Assembly: GCA_010909165.1 (NCBI GenBank)
Contig: MU008174.1
Span: 1,054,001 to 1,118,000, forward strand
DNA: 64,000 nt
Origin: Anthoceros angustus
Taxonomy: Eukaryota; Plantae; Anthocerotophyta
Reading direction: 5' to 3'
Part shown: piece after piece, positions 33,815 to 48,400 of the stretch
Numbering within the stretch: the stretch's first letter is position 1
How the letters are laid out: each line of letters starts with the position of its first letter
Notes under the pieces: model-generated
The model's database searches: none
The model's input: only the letters and a program-made list of their open reading frames with translations
Told to the model about the DNA's origin: nothing
Position numbers and translations under genes: made by a program

Positions 33815-35850
33815 TTCTCCAGATCCTGCTTCCTGGCTTCCGGCTTCCTGCTTCCGCTCCGATCAGCTGCACAATCCTCCACACAATCTCGTCACTGGCA
33901 ACGATTTAAGCCAAACCCTGGGTGCACGGGCTTACAATCTCCCAAAACACCTCAGCTTGCAGCGGTACATTCCGGAATCCTGGATGCTTGTCCCATCACC
34001 ATTTGCGTAATTTACATTTTGCGGCTTTGCCTTACGATTTTGCTTCTCTGAAGCTCTAAACTGGAGATGCACCCGGCCTGCCACCTAGAGTACCTACCTA
34101 GGTAGGTTCCTAATGCATTCGCCCAGACCTTTCCTGCAGGACTTTAGGCAAGGTATAACTAATTAATTAAACTTAAATATTTAGAAGGGGCGATCGTTTC
34201 ATAACGACATACATATGGACATATGTATGTCTCCAGTGTAGTATGGCCGAAGTCAAGTCTTTACCATCATGAACAAGAACTCAAATGCACTCTTTCCCAC
34301 CATGAGCGACAACTCAATTGCACTCCCTTACCTTCAATGTGACAGCTACAGTGAGCATAGTTTTTCCATGACTCGTCAATGAGAAGGATTGTTGCAATGT
34401 TCAAATGCGATTTCTTACGAGCGAACACCAAAGACAAGGGTCCACGCCCTTCACAGCCTAGCATTCAAGGCCATGCTAAAAGAATTCAGACACCGCTAGC
34501 AACACAATTAAAGATTTGTGTCCACCTCTTCATACCCTTCACAACATAGCATTCGAAGCGATATATCTGCTAGAAGAATTGATGAGCGGTGCCTATCGAC
34601 TTGATCCAAACTGCTCGGAAGCAACATGTCGACATGGAAATCGACCGATTCGCAACTCACGAGATCCCCAAACTCGAAAACTTTGAGTAATATTTGGTAT
34701 CACCAATATCCTCTCAAAAGCTATATCTCATCTTCATGAAGTACCCGTGATATCCACATCCTATATATTGCCTCCGAAAGCTTTATCTTATTTCTCCATG
34801 AATATGGAATGCGCTTAAATAAGGGCCATACAAACCCATAAGAAAAGCTAGCCGAAGCTAGGACCAAGGATATCAGACAAGGTAACTGAGGACCCTTCTG
34901 GACTAACAGTTACCATCAGACCAGGTAATTAAAGATCCCTCCAGACTGGCAATTACCTCAAACTATGTCAGTTCAGTTGAGTAGTGTAGTTCATCGAATT
35001 ATGTGCGAAGTCGGTAGTTGAGTTTCGGATTGAACAGTTCAGTTCGAAAATCCAACTGAATTGGTTAGGAAACCATGTGCCCAAGGGATTGTTGAAGATA
35101 TTTAACAGTTCATTTTGAAAATCCAACAAGTTAGCAAACTGGCTTCTCAAGCGGTATAGATTTGAACTAGGGTCGGTTTGAAGTGAACTCCCCACAATTC
35201 GCATGGAAATTAAAGCGCATGTAAATAACTGGTAAAAATGAATGTACAATACCTTTTTTTTTAATTTGAATTTGTCCGAAATGTGGCTCATCTATCGCAG
35301 TTCAGTTCAAGATCCGAACGGGGAGAAACCCAACAAGCACGCAATCATTACTTGTTATGTCAGCGCATTGTAGTGGGAGGTCAATTCGTGTTCGACCGTT
35401 GGTCTTGGACTGCACCACAAGAGAACGCTGGTGCTCTCTCGGCAAAGAGTGTAACTTCAACAATACACTCCACTATAGAAAAACTTATTTGTTCTTTCAA
35501 CAAAGAGTGCAACTTCAACAAAGAGCGGAGTTACAACACACTATCATTTTGACCCCGATCGTGGAGGAATAGGTGGTGTCGCTGCTTCTCATCACGGACA
35601 TTGCTCAGAAGGGCGTTGAAAAAGCCCAAAGTAATACAAAGAGTTCAACAAAAGCTAAATATAAACTATCCACCATCGCTCAACCTCTCACACAATATAT
35701 TGTAAAAAATGCATACCTATGGACAACGGACTCTCCTTGGGGTTAGGAAATAAGCTGGGTTTGTTTTTTTTCGTAGGTGTGGAGTGTAAAATAAGGTGGA
35801 AAGGGAGGAATAAGCATCCCGGGTCGCCCTTCCCTGCACACACCACCACA

Positions 35851-36351
35851 TGTTAGGGTCCGTCACCAGGACCTTGATCAGTCTCTCCGGAGCTGTCGGG
35901 CCTGCTCAGTGACTCAGGACTCACGCTAGTAAGAAGGCACACAAAGGGCCTGCAAGAAGACGCGGCATCAACACCAAGAGAAAGATGCTTTACTTAGAGC
36001 AGCCTCAGCCCTCTTATACTACGCCGAAGGTTGGCATCTTTATTACACACCTATTTTGAGCTGGTGGCCAGCTCAGTGCGCCCTAATCGGCCGCCTACTA
36101 TTTCCCTTTATTCCGCCTATCTCGCGTCGGTGGTGGTGGGCTGGATTGCCCCTTCGCCTCGGCTGGTGGCCCAAGCCCTAGCCACGACAAGCTGGCGCCC
36201 CAATCGGATGATCCGGCGGGCCCTACCTCTCCGCGGGACTCACCATCTGCGCTACGGCGGCGACGCAGCAATCACCACTAAATACTCCTCCCCATCCTCT
36301 CTTATCTCTCTGGCGGGCCCTTGTACAGCGGGATTACCAGAGAAGGTTACA
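35851..36351. mobile_element. LTR-like 500-bp segment (TG...CA) at the end of the GC-rich host element
   Basis: TGTTAGGG...GGTTACA termini; the partner LTR is not identified in the window. Confidence 0.5.
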
Positions 36352-36384
36352 TCGGGGCGGTGATTGGTGGCTCCCTCCGCTCCA

Positions 36385-36720
36385 CAGTGACTTGAGGTCC
36401 AGTCTTGACTCCGGAGTCCGGACCTCTAGGTCCGGTCTTCTCTCCGGAGTCCGGACCTCTAGGTCCGGTCTTCTCTCCGGGGTCCGGACCTCTGGGTCCG
36501 GTCTTCTTTCTGGAGTCCGGACCTCGGGGTCCGGACTCGCCTCTGGGGTCCGATCTTCTGGGCCCAGCCTTCCCCCTGGAGTCCGGACCTCAGGGTCCGG
36601 TCTCGTCACTAGAGTCTGGACCTCTGAGTCCAGACTTTCTTCAGGAGGCCGGACCTCGGGGTCCGGCCTTTCTTCAGGAGTCCGGACAAAGTCCGGACTC
36701 ACGAGCACCTGGGTTTCCCC
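36385..36720. repeat. 33-bp tandem repeat array (CCGGACCTCTAGGTCCGGTCTTCTCTCCGGAGT-like)
   Basis: Gives an 11-aa periodicity TPERRPD(L/P)EVR in ORF 36334..36771. A related array lies at 23270-23530. Confidence 0.85.
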
Positions 36721-37594
36721 CCTTGCTGGACTTCTCAATGGTTCTGCCAGGTCCTCCATTCCGGTTGCCACAGTCGCCTTCTACGGTTCCCCAGGCCCTC
36801 CTCCTCCTTCCGTGGTGAGGTGCGGAGTGCCTCTCGAGGCCTGACCCTCGTCCTGCTCCTCCTCCGGTTGCTCCCCTCGCTGCTGTCGTCGTCAAACAGC
36901 GCTCCTAAGGTCCCGTGGCCGTGCTATCTCCGGGCCCTCCTCCTCCTCCTCCGACCGGAAATCCGCCACACCGTGGGTGGCGCGACACCTCCAGTGCCTT
37001 GAGAAGCTCCGCGTGGTAGTAGGCAAAGTCGGAGTCGACTTGTTGGATTGCCTCCTCCACATGGGCTCGGAGCACCCGATACTCCCTCCTCCAGAGGTGC
37101 TCCGGCAGTTGGGCGTGTTGTCCGGCCTGCTGGCCCGTCTCCGTCGCCAGGCTTGCCAAATGTAGCCGGGCGGACTCCCTTGATGCCGCCAAGGCGGCCT
37201 CCGACACCTCCTGCAGCCTTTGATTTGCTGCTGCTCGACGTGCTCCTCCTCCCTTCGTCGTTGCAGCTCCACCAATTCTTTGGGCATGGGTGAGCTCCCC
37301 TCGCCTCCCAATCGGACAAGCGGCCTCCTCCTCCGCTCTCGTCCCTCCGTTCATCCTTACCCGGAGGTCCGCCACTTCCTTCTCCAGGCGGGCCGGTATC
37401 TCCGCCCGACTCCTGGCTTCCTCCAGCTCCTTCTTCAGCCTGGCGACGTCCAACTCCTTGGATCGCCGCCTATTCTCCTCTGTCTTCAAGCGAAGCTGGA
37501 GGCGCTCTATCTCCTGCTCGAAGTCTTGGATTCTCCCGTTGAGAATCCCGTGTTGCTCCGACGCGTCTTGGAGTTGCAGCTCCAAAGTGTCCTT

Positions 37595-40500
37595 TGAAGG
37601 ATCGTGGGGCAGCCATGCTGGTGGAAAGAGGAGAGGAGAGGAGGAGGCAAGTGTAACTCTCTCATTGAGATGAGGCTTGGAGGGTATTTATACCCTCCAA
37701 TAGGGCTCCTAGGAAGCTCCACAAGAAGCCCCTAGGAAGGAGCACAAGAAGCTTCCTAGTGATTAGCTTAGCTAAACTAATGATATAATGACACCTAACT
37801 TAGACTAAGTGTATTAGTCTAAGTACATTGAGCTTTAATACCCTTACAACCTCCCACTTAAAGGCCAATTTACCTTCGTGGAAGAATGGACTACCTCATG
37901 CCCATCGATTGTCCGAGCTTGTGCAAATTGCTCGTAGAGAGTCCCTTGGTAAGAATATCTGCGGGGTTGGTGGTGTGAACCTTGACAAGTTGTACCCTCT
38001 TGTCGTCCAACACCTCTCGAATGAAGTGATACTTCACATCCACATGTTTAGTCTTCGCATGAAACTGGATTCTTTGCCAATTGGATAGCACTGCTATCAC
38101 AATGCAACACCGGCACTCAACCTTGATCCCCAAGTCTCCCACTAAGCGAGCAAGCCATATGGCTTCCTTGCAAGCCTCGATTCTTTTAACATACTCGGCC
38201 TCTGTGGTAGATAGCGTAATGCACGATCGCAAACGAGATCGCCATGAGCCCCTCCGGTGCACATGAAGACATAACGATGTGGACCTCCTTTTGTCCATAT
38301 CCACATAATCGCGTGTACCCAACCACACATGCATCTTCACTACCAAAACATATGCACAAAGCTTTTGTACCATTCGGATACCTCATAACTCCTTTTGCCT
38401 CCCAATGCTTCTTGCGGGGTTTGACATAAACACCTAACTTAGACTAAGTGTATTAGTCTAAGTACATTGGGCTTTAATACCCTTACAACCTCCCACTTAA
38501 AGGCCAATTTACCTTCGTGGAAGAATGGACTATCTCATGCCCATCTGTCCGAGCTTGTGCAAATTGTCGTAGAGAGTCCCTTGGTAAGAATATCTGCGGG
38601 GTTGGTGGTGTGAACCTTGACAAGTTGTACCTCTCCCAACACCTCTCGAATGAAGTGATACTTCACATCCACATGTTTAGTCTTCGCATGAAACATCGGA
38701 TTCTTTGCCAATTGATAGCACTGCTATCACAATGCAACACCGGCACTCAACCTTGATCCCCAAGTCTCCCACTAAACGAGCAAGCCATATGGCTTCCTTG
38801 CAAGCCTCGCTTGTCGCAACATACTCGGTAGATAGCGAATGCACGATCGCAAACGAGATCGCCATGAGATCGCCTCCAAAGGCACGTGAAGACATAACTG
38901 ATGTGGACCTCCTTTTGTCCATATCCTCGCATAATCGATCTGTACCCAACCACATGCATCTTCACTACCAAAACATATGCACAAAGCTTTTGTACCATTC
39001 GATACCTCATAACTCCTTTTATCGCCTCCCAATGCTTCTTGCCGTGGTTTGACATAAACTAACCACTCCGCAAAGGCAATGTCGGGACGTGTAGCAATCA
39101 TTGCATACATCAAACTCCCTACGGTGATGAGTATGGGACCTTCTCCATTTCAGCTTTTGTCCTCCTCGAGCTTGGGCAATCCGGCTTGAAAGTTTCACAT
39201 ATGGAGGCAATGGGTACCCAATGGCTTCCCTTCTCCATGTTGAAGCGTTGAAGCACCTGTTAATGTATTATGCGAGACAAATAAAGCGGTATACATGCAT
39301 TCGGCGAATCATGCCAAGTATATGGCTCGCCTCTCCCAAGTCTGTCATTTCAAAGTGAGCATTCAACTTTGACTTCAACGAAATCTCATCGATCTTGTTC
39401 CGACAATTAGCATATCATCCACATAGAGGATCAAAATGAGCAAGCTTTGATCCTTAGCTTTTGTATAGAGGCAATGATCCTCATCGCTCGTTTGTAGCCT
39501 TGAGAAAGCATAAATGAGTGGAACTTGTGATACCACTCTCGGGTGCTGTTTCAAACCATAAAGGCTCTTCCTCAACACACACGGATGCTCTTTGCCCTTC
39601 TCAACAAAACCTTGGTTCTTTGCATGTAGACGTCCTCTTGAAGGTCACCATGCAAGAATGCCGTCTTGACATCCATCTGCAAGTTCCATATCATTCACGG
39701 CAACCAAAGCAAGAACACATCGCAAAGTTGTCATTTTGACTCGGTGAGAAAATCTCATCAAAGTCAATGCACAGTTGTTGCTTGAAACCCTTAGCAACCA
39801 ATCGTGCCTTGTACTTTGGTTTGCCATCAAGTATGACCTTCATCTTGTACACCCATTTGCAGTAGTGCCTTCTTATCCTTAGGCAACAACCAACTCCCAA
39901 GTTTGGTTCTTGCGGTAATTCATTTCGATCGCATGGCCTTCTCCCACTTCTCTTTGTTACTCATTGACATGGCCTCTTTGTAAGAAGAGGGTTCCCACAA
40001 TCTGTCGATAACATAATCCAGAGATGGATCATACCGAGGTCGTGTAATCACGACCTCGACCCGAGCACCTCTATAGGTGCTTGTTCGACTCTTGGTTCAT
40101 CTACCGGTGGAGGAATGTGCTCCTGCACATTACCACGGTTATCAACCTGCCCATGATGATCATGTCCATCTTCTTGGAAGATCACCCTTCGCACCTCCAC
40201 AGTTGGAGTAGGCTTCTTGTGCATCTTGTTCTCATTGAAGAACACGTCATTAGTACGAACAACCTTTCTAGCTTCATCCCACAAACGGTATCCCATCTCA
40301 CCAGAATCACCATAGCCAAGAAAAATACATTTCTTGGACTTAGGTGCCAACTTATCCCGAAATTGTTTTGGAACATGGCAGTATGCCTCACAGCCAAACA
40401 CTCTCAGATGCTTGTAGGATGGTTGCTTTCCAGACCATAGCTCCTCTGGAACCTGCTCATCAATTTATTAGGAGATCATTAATAAGATGAACTGCGATGA

Positions 40501-42106
40501 ACATACGCCCAAAACCCATTAGGCAATCCGAGTTTGACAACAAACTCGCATCCTCTCACGAATGGTTACATTCATCGCCACACCATTTTGTGGAGGAGTA
40601 TCTGGTGATCAATTCTCTTTTGATTCCCTTGGAATCACGAATGGCCGAAAGCTTTCGAAACATACTCCACCATTATCCGCCTTAGACACTTCAATCGGTG
40701 GCGTGATTCTCTACAAGGGTGACAAATTTACGAAACACCGTCGAACTTCATCCTTTTTCCTCAAAGGATAAACCCACACCTTGCGTGAGAAAATCATCTA
40801 TGAAAGTGACAAAATAGGAGGCACCGCCTAATGATGCGATGAGCATAGGTCCACATACATCACGTGAACCAACTCAAGAGGTTTACTCCTACTTTTACCT
40901 CGTGTTCGATGTGATGATTTTGTCTGCTTCCCATATAAGCAGTGCTCACACATCGAGATCGGAGAAGTTAAACAGGATATAACGAGCGAGATAAAACCTT
41001 CATTCCCTTCGAGACATATGTCCTAACCGCAATGCCACAAGGAAACATTTGGCTGCCTGTCACCACAGATCACATGATCTTTGGCGGTGTTTACACAGTG
41101 AGTACAAAGTGCCACACTTGATCCACGAGCTAACACAAGAGAACCTTTGGAGATCTTCCAAGAGTGATCCCCAAACCAGCAGTGGTAACCAGCATCATCC
41201 AAGCGTCTGCGCTAATCATGCTCTTTGTCAACTTCGGAACATGCCTAACGTCCTTCAGCATGAATGAAGATCCGTTGTCAAACTTGAGTTGCACATCACC
41301 TACGCCTGCGATCTGGCATGCATAGTTATTTCCAAGCCTAACGCATCCTTTCCTTGTAGCATCATACGTGCTAAACCACTCTCTGAGGAGTAACATGGAA
41401 AGATGCACCGAGTCAATTATCCAATTGCGAATAAATGACTATCCACTGGTATGCGACATTCAAGTAAGAAGAGATAAGGACATCTCCGTCCTCAACAAGT
41501 TTAACTCTTCCAACTGACACGAAGTCGCCTTCTTGTCGTCTGCTTCTTCTCTTTTCCTTGGTCCTTTTGAACTTCTCGCACTCTCTTTTTAGTGACCCCT
41601 TTTGTGACAATAGTGACACTCCACATTCTTATTACGACTACGAGATTTGCTACGAGAAGCTTACATCCGGTTGCTTCCCCTTATGGACCTCCCTCTCACT
41701 ATGAGGCCTTTGGAACCTTTGGAAGGTTCCATGTTTTCTGTTCACCTCCTCGGTTAACAGGCTACCTTCTACATTTACAATGGTAAGACCACTAGCGAGG
41801 CGAATTACTCTGAAAGGTGTCCCAACTCTCGTAATGTGACCAGCGAAACATAGCTCTCACGGAATGCAGGCGTGATACCTTGAGATGAGAGTCGGCTGAA
41901 AATGGTATTGAAATCATTCGGATGATCGGACATCCTCGTCCCTTCCTTCATCTTCAAGTCCACCATTTTGTTTCAACCAATACACGAAGCCGCACTTTGC
42001 TTCTCATCTAGTCCTCTGGTGGTGTAAAGCTAAACTAATGATATATCGACACTAACTTAGACTAAGTGTATTAGTCTAAGTACATTGAAACTTTAATACC
42101 CTTACA
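37595..42106 (-). mobile_element. Ty1/copia LTR retrotransposon, 5' part deleted, 5-bp TSD TCCTT
   Basis: 3' LTR 37595-37848 and PPT 37849-37859. RNase H (HAKTKHVDVKYHFIRE), RT (YKARLVAKGFKQ, LILYVDDML), integrase (KLAPKSKKCIFLGYG), protease and gag (QMVDLKMKEG). Only ~80 bp of the 5' LTR remain (42025-42106). TCCTT at 37590-37594 and 42107-42111. Internal duplications at ~37793-39060 and ~41855-44395. Confidence 0.9.
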
Positions 42107-45100
42107 TCCTTGCGCCTTCCGGCTCTGGCCGCTCCTCCGCTTCCTGATGCACGGAGGTCCCTATTTCTCAGTCTTTGGCCTCCATCTCTTCTTCGCGGCT
42201 GCGCTTTGCTCATGCCACTGTTCGGCCTTGAGTTGGCAGCTACCCGTCTCTCTCCACCGGTTCGATCACGTCGGTAGTGATCCCGGTCGACCGCGCGGCT
42301 TCCGCCTCGCGCCGCCTTCACCGAGCCTCGCCCGGCTTGGTGTTGGTCTAGCCGAGCCGCCTCGGCTGGGTCGCGGCATTCTCCGCCGCCTCGACCTCCT
42401 CCGCCTCCTTGCCCGCCTCCGTTTGCGGTCCCCGGCCGTGCTTGGGCCTCCCGCCGCACCTGACCGCACGGTGAGGATCTTGGTCCGGTCTTGCTGGACC
42501 GTCCGGACCTCTCGCTCCGCCTCCCGACGCTTTCCCTCCTCGATTCGAGCGAGGGATTCCGCCTTCTTCTTCGCATCCTGGGCTGCCTCCACCTGCTCCT
42601 GGAGGAGCACCATGCGCCTTCTTGTGGCCTCCACCTCCTGGGTCTTCTCGGCCGTCCCGCAAAGACCCCAAAGCATACCGTCCATGACGGTAGCCAAAAC
42701 CCGCCGCGTTTCCTCCACGGCTGCCGCTTGGGAGATGCCCAGGAAGTCCGCTGTGGGCGCGGGCATCTCCCGTCCGTTAAGGACGCCATCTCTGACGGGC
42801 GAGTCGGGCGGGCTCTTGGTTCATCGGGACCCTCGGGTCACAGTGCTGTCCGGACCTCTCGCCTCCTTGGCCCTCTTGGCCGCTAACTCCTTCTCCGCCC
42901 GCCTCCACAGGGGCTCGGAGGGGTGAAGGTCGAGCGGCCCTTTACCTCTCGGTCGGAGGCAGGGCCCAGTGGGCTGCGCCCGATGGCCTCCGCTCCTTGG
43001 GCGGCGTCCTCTCCGCCTTACGCCTCCTCCTTCTTGCCACTCCGTTGGCGGGCGAGAACGCAGGCGTTGTCCGTCTTTCATGTTGCGACCGTCTTCCGCC
43101 TCTTGATGCAGAGTGGGTGGCTCATTATCGTTGTTGTTGGTCTGGCCCTCACGGAATGCGTGATACCTTGAGATGAGCTGAAAATGGTATTGAAATCGTT
43201 CGGATGATCGGACATCCTCGTCCCTTCCTTCATCTTCAAGTCCACCATTTGTTTCAACCAATACACGAAGCGCACTTTGCTTCTCATACGAGGTCATATG
43301 GTGCAAGCTAAACTAATGATATATCGACACTAACTTAGACTAAGTGTATTAGTCTAAGTACATTGAGCTTTAATACCCTTACATCCTTGCGCCTTCCGCC
43401 TCCGCGCCGCCTCCTCCGCTTCCTGCAGGAGGTCCCTATTTCGGTCTTGGCCTCCATCTCTTCTTCGCGGCTCGCCTCCGCCTCCGCTTCTTGCCACTCG
43501 GCCTTGAGTTGGCTACCGGCTGCCTCTCTCCACCGGTTGGATCACGTCGGTAGTGATCCCGATCGACCTTCGCCCGGCTTCCGCCTCCGCGCCGCCTTCA
43601 CCGAGCCTCGCCGGCTTGGTGTTGGTCTAGCCGAGCCGCCCGGCTGGGTCGCGGCATTCTCCGCCGCCTCGACCTCCTCCGCCTCCTTCAACCGCCTCCG
43701 TTTGCAGCTCTTGGCCGTGCTTGGGCCTCCGCCTCCGCGCCGCCTTGTGACCGTGAGGATCTTGGTCCGGTCTTCTTTGAGCCGTCCAGGACCTCTCGCT
43801 CCGCCTCGGCGCTTTCCCTCGATTCGAGCAAAGTTCCGCCTTCTTCTTCGTGTCTGGGCGCCTCCACTTGCTCTGGAGGAGCACCATGCTGGCCTCCACC
43901 TCTGGTCTTCTCGGCCGTCAAGACCCCAAAGCATACCGTCCATGATGGTAGCCAAAACCCGCGTTCCTCCACGGTGCCGCTTGGGAGATGCCAGAAGTCC
44001 ACATGGGCGCGGGCATCTCCCGTCCGTTAAGGACCTTCATCTGACGGCCGGAGGAGTCCGGGCGGGCTCTTGGACCTAATCGGGACCCTCGGGTCCCGGT
44101 CGTCAGTCCGGGCTCCTCGCCGCCTCCTGGCTCTTCCTTCCGCCTCGCCCGTCACTCCAGGGCTCGGAGGGGTGAAGGTCAAGTGGCCTACCTCTCCCGG
44201 TCGGAGGCAGGGCCCAGCTCGGTGGGCTGCCGATGGCCTCCCGCTCCTTGGGCGTCCCTCTCCGCCGCCTCCGCTTCTTGCCACTGGGCGGAAGCACAGG
44301 CGTTGTCTGGAGTCTTGTGTTGCGCGTCTTCCGCCTCTTGGTGCACGAGTCCCTCAGCTCGGTATTGTCGTTGTTGTTGGCTGGCAGCCTCGGAACCGCC
44401 AACTCCGTCCGTCTTTGCTTCTTCCTGTTCGGTGGGGGCACCGGGAGGAGAGGCGGGATGTCCTCCCACACTTACCTAGGTGGCGAGGGGTCCGCTCCAG
44501 ACGTATGGAGTCTGGAATCCCCTCCCAGTCGTCCTCCTCCCGGACCCTCTTACTCCGGACTGGGCGGGCCTCCGCCTCCTGGCTCTTCCTTACGCCTCCC
44601 GGTGCGGCCCTTTCCGGTGCTCGTTCCTCTTCACCCTCCTTCAGGAGGTTCGCGTGCCCCCACACATGAATCAAAAACGGTGATAACGCCGACGGAGGTG
44701 GCTTCTCGCACCTCAGCTTGCAAGCTTCCTGATTGACCCGGGCGAAGATTCACCCGGTCGGCGCTTCCCCTTACAGAGTCGTGGAGGAACACTAGCAGAT
44801 TATCCCCAAGGTGGTCCACCTTGGTGAGCATGTTCCAGTGGACAAAAATCTTCGCCACTGAACGTACCCTCATGTCCAGGAGGTCCGACATCAGCCATCC
44901 GTTGGAGGACACTGCGTTCTGTCGCAAAGGGCCGCCTGCCGCTTCCACCTTTCCCTTCACCTTTAGGGGTTCCGGTACTACTCCTCCTCCGGCGGTGTAA
45001 CCGCCCCCAGGACCTCCACGGTCCACCTCCTAGGGTCCTCCCGCAGGTTCTTGGATCGGACCTCCTTGTTGGCCGCTGCCAACATCTTGATACTCGGACT

Positions 45101-45411
45101 AGGGTGACGCTGTCGAAGGTCCAGGCCTGGAAAATGTCCAGGTGCCACTCCTCCACCAGCTCCTCCGCCTCCTCCAGCCACGGCCCGAAGTCCGGGTAGC
45201 GCTTGGTGACGATGTTGCGCTCCACCAAGCGCCATGGCTCCCACGCCTCCGCCGCTTTCTTGGGTCCCATCTTCACACTCCTTCTGTTCCGCTGTTGAGA
45301 CGGGAGGCTCCACAATCTCTCGCTCCTCGGGCGCGGCGTCAGTTGCTTCCCTCGCCAAGTCGAACCGCGCGGAAGGGTGCCTGAGCGATCAAAAAGACAA
45401 CGCCAAAGAGC

Positions 45412-48400
45412 TGATAAAATAGCTTACTATTAGGGCACTCTTCACTAGGGCACCTAGGACTTAATAATTAATTTAGTCCTTAGGGCTCTAGGTAGTTTCT
45501 TTTAGTAGTTATTTAATTGGTTAGTTGTTACAACCACTTATTGGTTACAACTACCTTGCCTACATAAAGGCATGTACTTTCTATTATGAATGTAATGCAA
45601 CACATATTGCTAGAGCTTGTGTATGATTCTCATCATGGTATCGAGCACACTTGCTCTTTGTTTGCTTGTGCATCCTCATGCATCTAAGTAGCTTATCTAG
45701 GAGACACTTTCTAATCTAGCATTTGCCTAGATGGATTGTGTTTATCCTAGAATTGCTATCTTTGCATGCATTCTTTATGCTAACATTTCTCTTCTAACAA
45801 TGCTTTTATGCACTAATTCTTTGTTCTTCCTCCATGGATTTGTGTTCCTTAGAAGGAGAAGGCATAGAGTTAAGAAGAGAAGTAGTCCGCAAGACAACAA
45901 GAACAAATTAGGAGCCCAACACATAGAAGCAATAGAAGACAACAAGCTATAGAGGAGAGATAGTAGAAACCTCCTCTTGTATAGCAAACTTCATTGCATC
46001 TATTTTAATTTCTAAACCGGATCAAGGGAAGTTTATCAAGCTAGCTAGACGTGATTTGCTAGAAGTTTTAGTCCAATTCACGTCAAGGCATTAGAATTAG
46101 CTCTCAACATATCCCAAATTTGAATCGGTATTAGTACTCCTTTATCTTCTAGTCGCAAGACAAAATAGCATAGAAACTCTTAGATTTCAAGAAATTGATA
46201 GTCAATTAGCAACTCTTAGAATCCAATCCTTTGATCTTAAGGGAGAATTATCTGAATTAAGGACAAAATTGTCTATTCTCTCTAAGGTTGATAATGCGCA
46301 GAGATTTGAGAGCATGCTATCATCATCCGAATCATTATGATGCAAGAGAAGAGTTTCGCGTGCAATAAAGAAGATGAGAGGTCAGAGGCGAGGCCTAGTC
46401 CTCTAAATCACCTACAATGGCTGGAGTGATCAATAATGAAGAACAAACTGCTCCTAATTCCCCATTGGGTAATGATAATGCTAACACTTCATTGCATTAT
46501 CATTATGGTGACTTCAAAGAGAAAGATAGATTCAATGGAAGGGATTATGACATCGGTCATTGAGAATGCGAGGAGCTTTGCGGCAAAGAGACCTTTGGGG
46601 CATCGTCGATGGATCAATTCCAAGGCCACACGCCCGATTTGAACGTGAACTTCAACCTTCCGGGACGCCGTGGACGAGAAGGCACAAGATTTATTGGTCG
46701 TGGACTTTCTCAACATATGGTGAGACATGTCGCACGCAAAGACCTCCAAGGATATGTGGACTCACCTTGCTCAATTATATTCATCTCGAGATGTAATGAG
46801 TATTGTTGCGACTTCACGTAACTTCCGCAACCTCTCAATGAAGGAGTCCGACACCATCGAACATCATGTTAATGCATTTCGATTGGCACGATCCCATTTG
46901 GAATCTTCAATGGCGTACCTATCTCGTAGATGGAGGCTTACGTCATTCTCTTATCTTCATTGCCACCTTCTTATAGGGCTTTCATTACAACTCAAAATGC
47001 AGTGATTCGCAATGTCAGAAAAGCTGCAGATGAAGATCCAAATGAAGAGCCAGACATCAGTGTTTCCGAACTTATTGGAGCATTGCTACAGGAGGAGGCA
47101 AGCAGACGTCACCATCACTCCAGAGCCAACAAGCAGCAGGTGATGTATTCACAAAGGGGTAGAGGAAGAGGACGAGGCAGAGGCCGAGGTTCTACTTTCC
47201 AACGACCCCCATATCCTGCACATACTTTCCAAGATGGAGAGGCATCTTCTTCAACACCTGCAAGAGGTAACAAGAAGACTGGGATTATATGTAATTGGTG
47301 CGTAATCCAAATCACATGGAAAAGGATTGTCGAAGAAGAAGAATGGGGAACCTCGCAAGGAGGCCCCACTGAGCTAACATTGCGTAAGAAACAATCTTCC
47401 TCAACTCCAGAAGGTTTCACTCGGTGCTTGGCTTCTTCCAAGCCCTCCAATACCTCATGGTACTTAGACGGTGGAGCTACTTCACATATTTGTTACAATG
47501 AAACTCTTTTGAGTCTTACTCACCGTGACATCACCGTCTCCTCCGGAGATGATCACAACCTACCCATTGCGGGTGTTGGTCAGTTGTATTCAAGTGTGAT
47601 TCAGTCGTTCTTCATCTTCATCACGTCCTCCATGTTCCTTCAATGTGCAAGAATCTAGTATCACCGCAAGTCTTTGTCAAGAACACACTGCGGTGATCCT
47701 TTATGCAGATAGTTGTCTTCTCTCTTTCATAAGTGATAGAAACTATACGATCTGCACAGGCACTTTAGATGATGGTCTCTATAGATTGTCAGGACAAGTG
47801 GGAGCCACCCATTCTCGCTAATGTTGCCATTCCAAACCCAAATGACACCTACCCAAACCATGCTTTGGCATTGTCGCCTTGGTCATCCTAATAGTCAAAA
47901 ATTAATCCAAATGTCTAAGGGAGCTTTATATAGAACCCTTGCCTTGCAAAGGTTGAACACCTACCTTGGTGCGAATCTTGTGTCCTCACTAAACGACATC
48001 AAGAGCCTTTCAAAATAAATCTCCACAAAGGGCCAAGTCACCTTTAGAGATAGTGCACAGACATTGTGGACCCTTGTCTACACCTCCTTTAGTGGTAGTG
48101 GATACTTTTTGACATTCACAGATGATTTCTCTCGATTTGTCTTTTCCTACATCCTGAAAAACAAGAGTGATGCCTTTCACTTCTTCAAGGACTACATGAA
48201 ATGGGCTGAGAGACTTACAGATAACAAACTCAAGACCTTACGTTCCGACAATGGTGGAGAGTTTACATCTACTGAATTTGAGGAGTTTTGTCGAGCTGAA
48301 GGTATAGCTCAACAACTTACAGTTGTCTACACTCCTCAACAAAATGGCGTAGCCGAGAACAAGAATCTACGCCTTCAAGAGATCACAGGTTGCTTATTGG

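Larger units (their letters stand above)
5676..36910. repeat. Tandem duplication of a ~13-kb gene block: copy 1 at 5676-23727 (18 kb with internal rearrangements), copy 2 at 23719-~36910
   Basis: GCTCCAAGGAACATGTAACACGCTAGAAGG starts at both 5676 and 23719. PPR, CRAL-TRIO and USP genes and intergenic DNA are collinear and near-identical apart from small indels. Confidence 0.95.

Noticed and set aside
36334-36844. ORFs with 11-aa repeats (TPERRPDLEVR / SGVRTSRSGLL)
   Set aside because: These are translations of a 33-bp DNA tandem array open in several frames on both strands; there is no evidence of a protein.
37795-37825. 11-bp stem ACTTAGACTAA-gtgta-TTAGTCTAAGT
   Set aside because: It is part of the copia LTR and recurs only with LTR copies.
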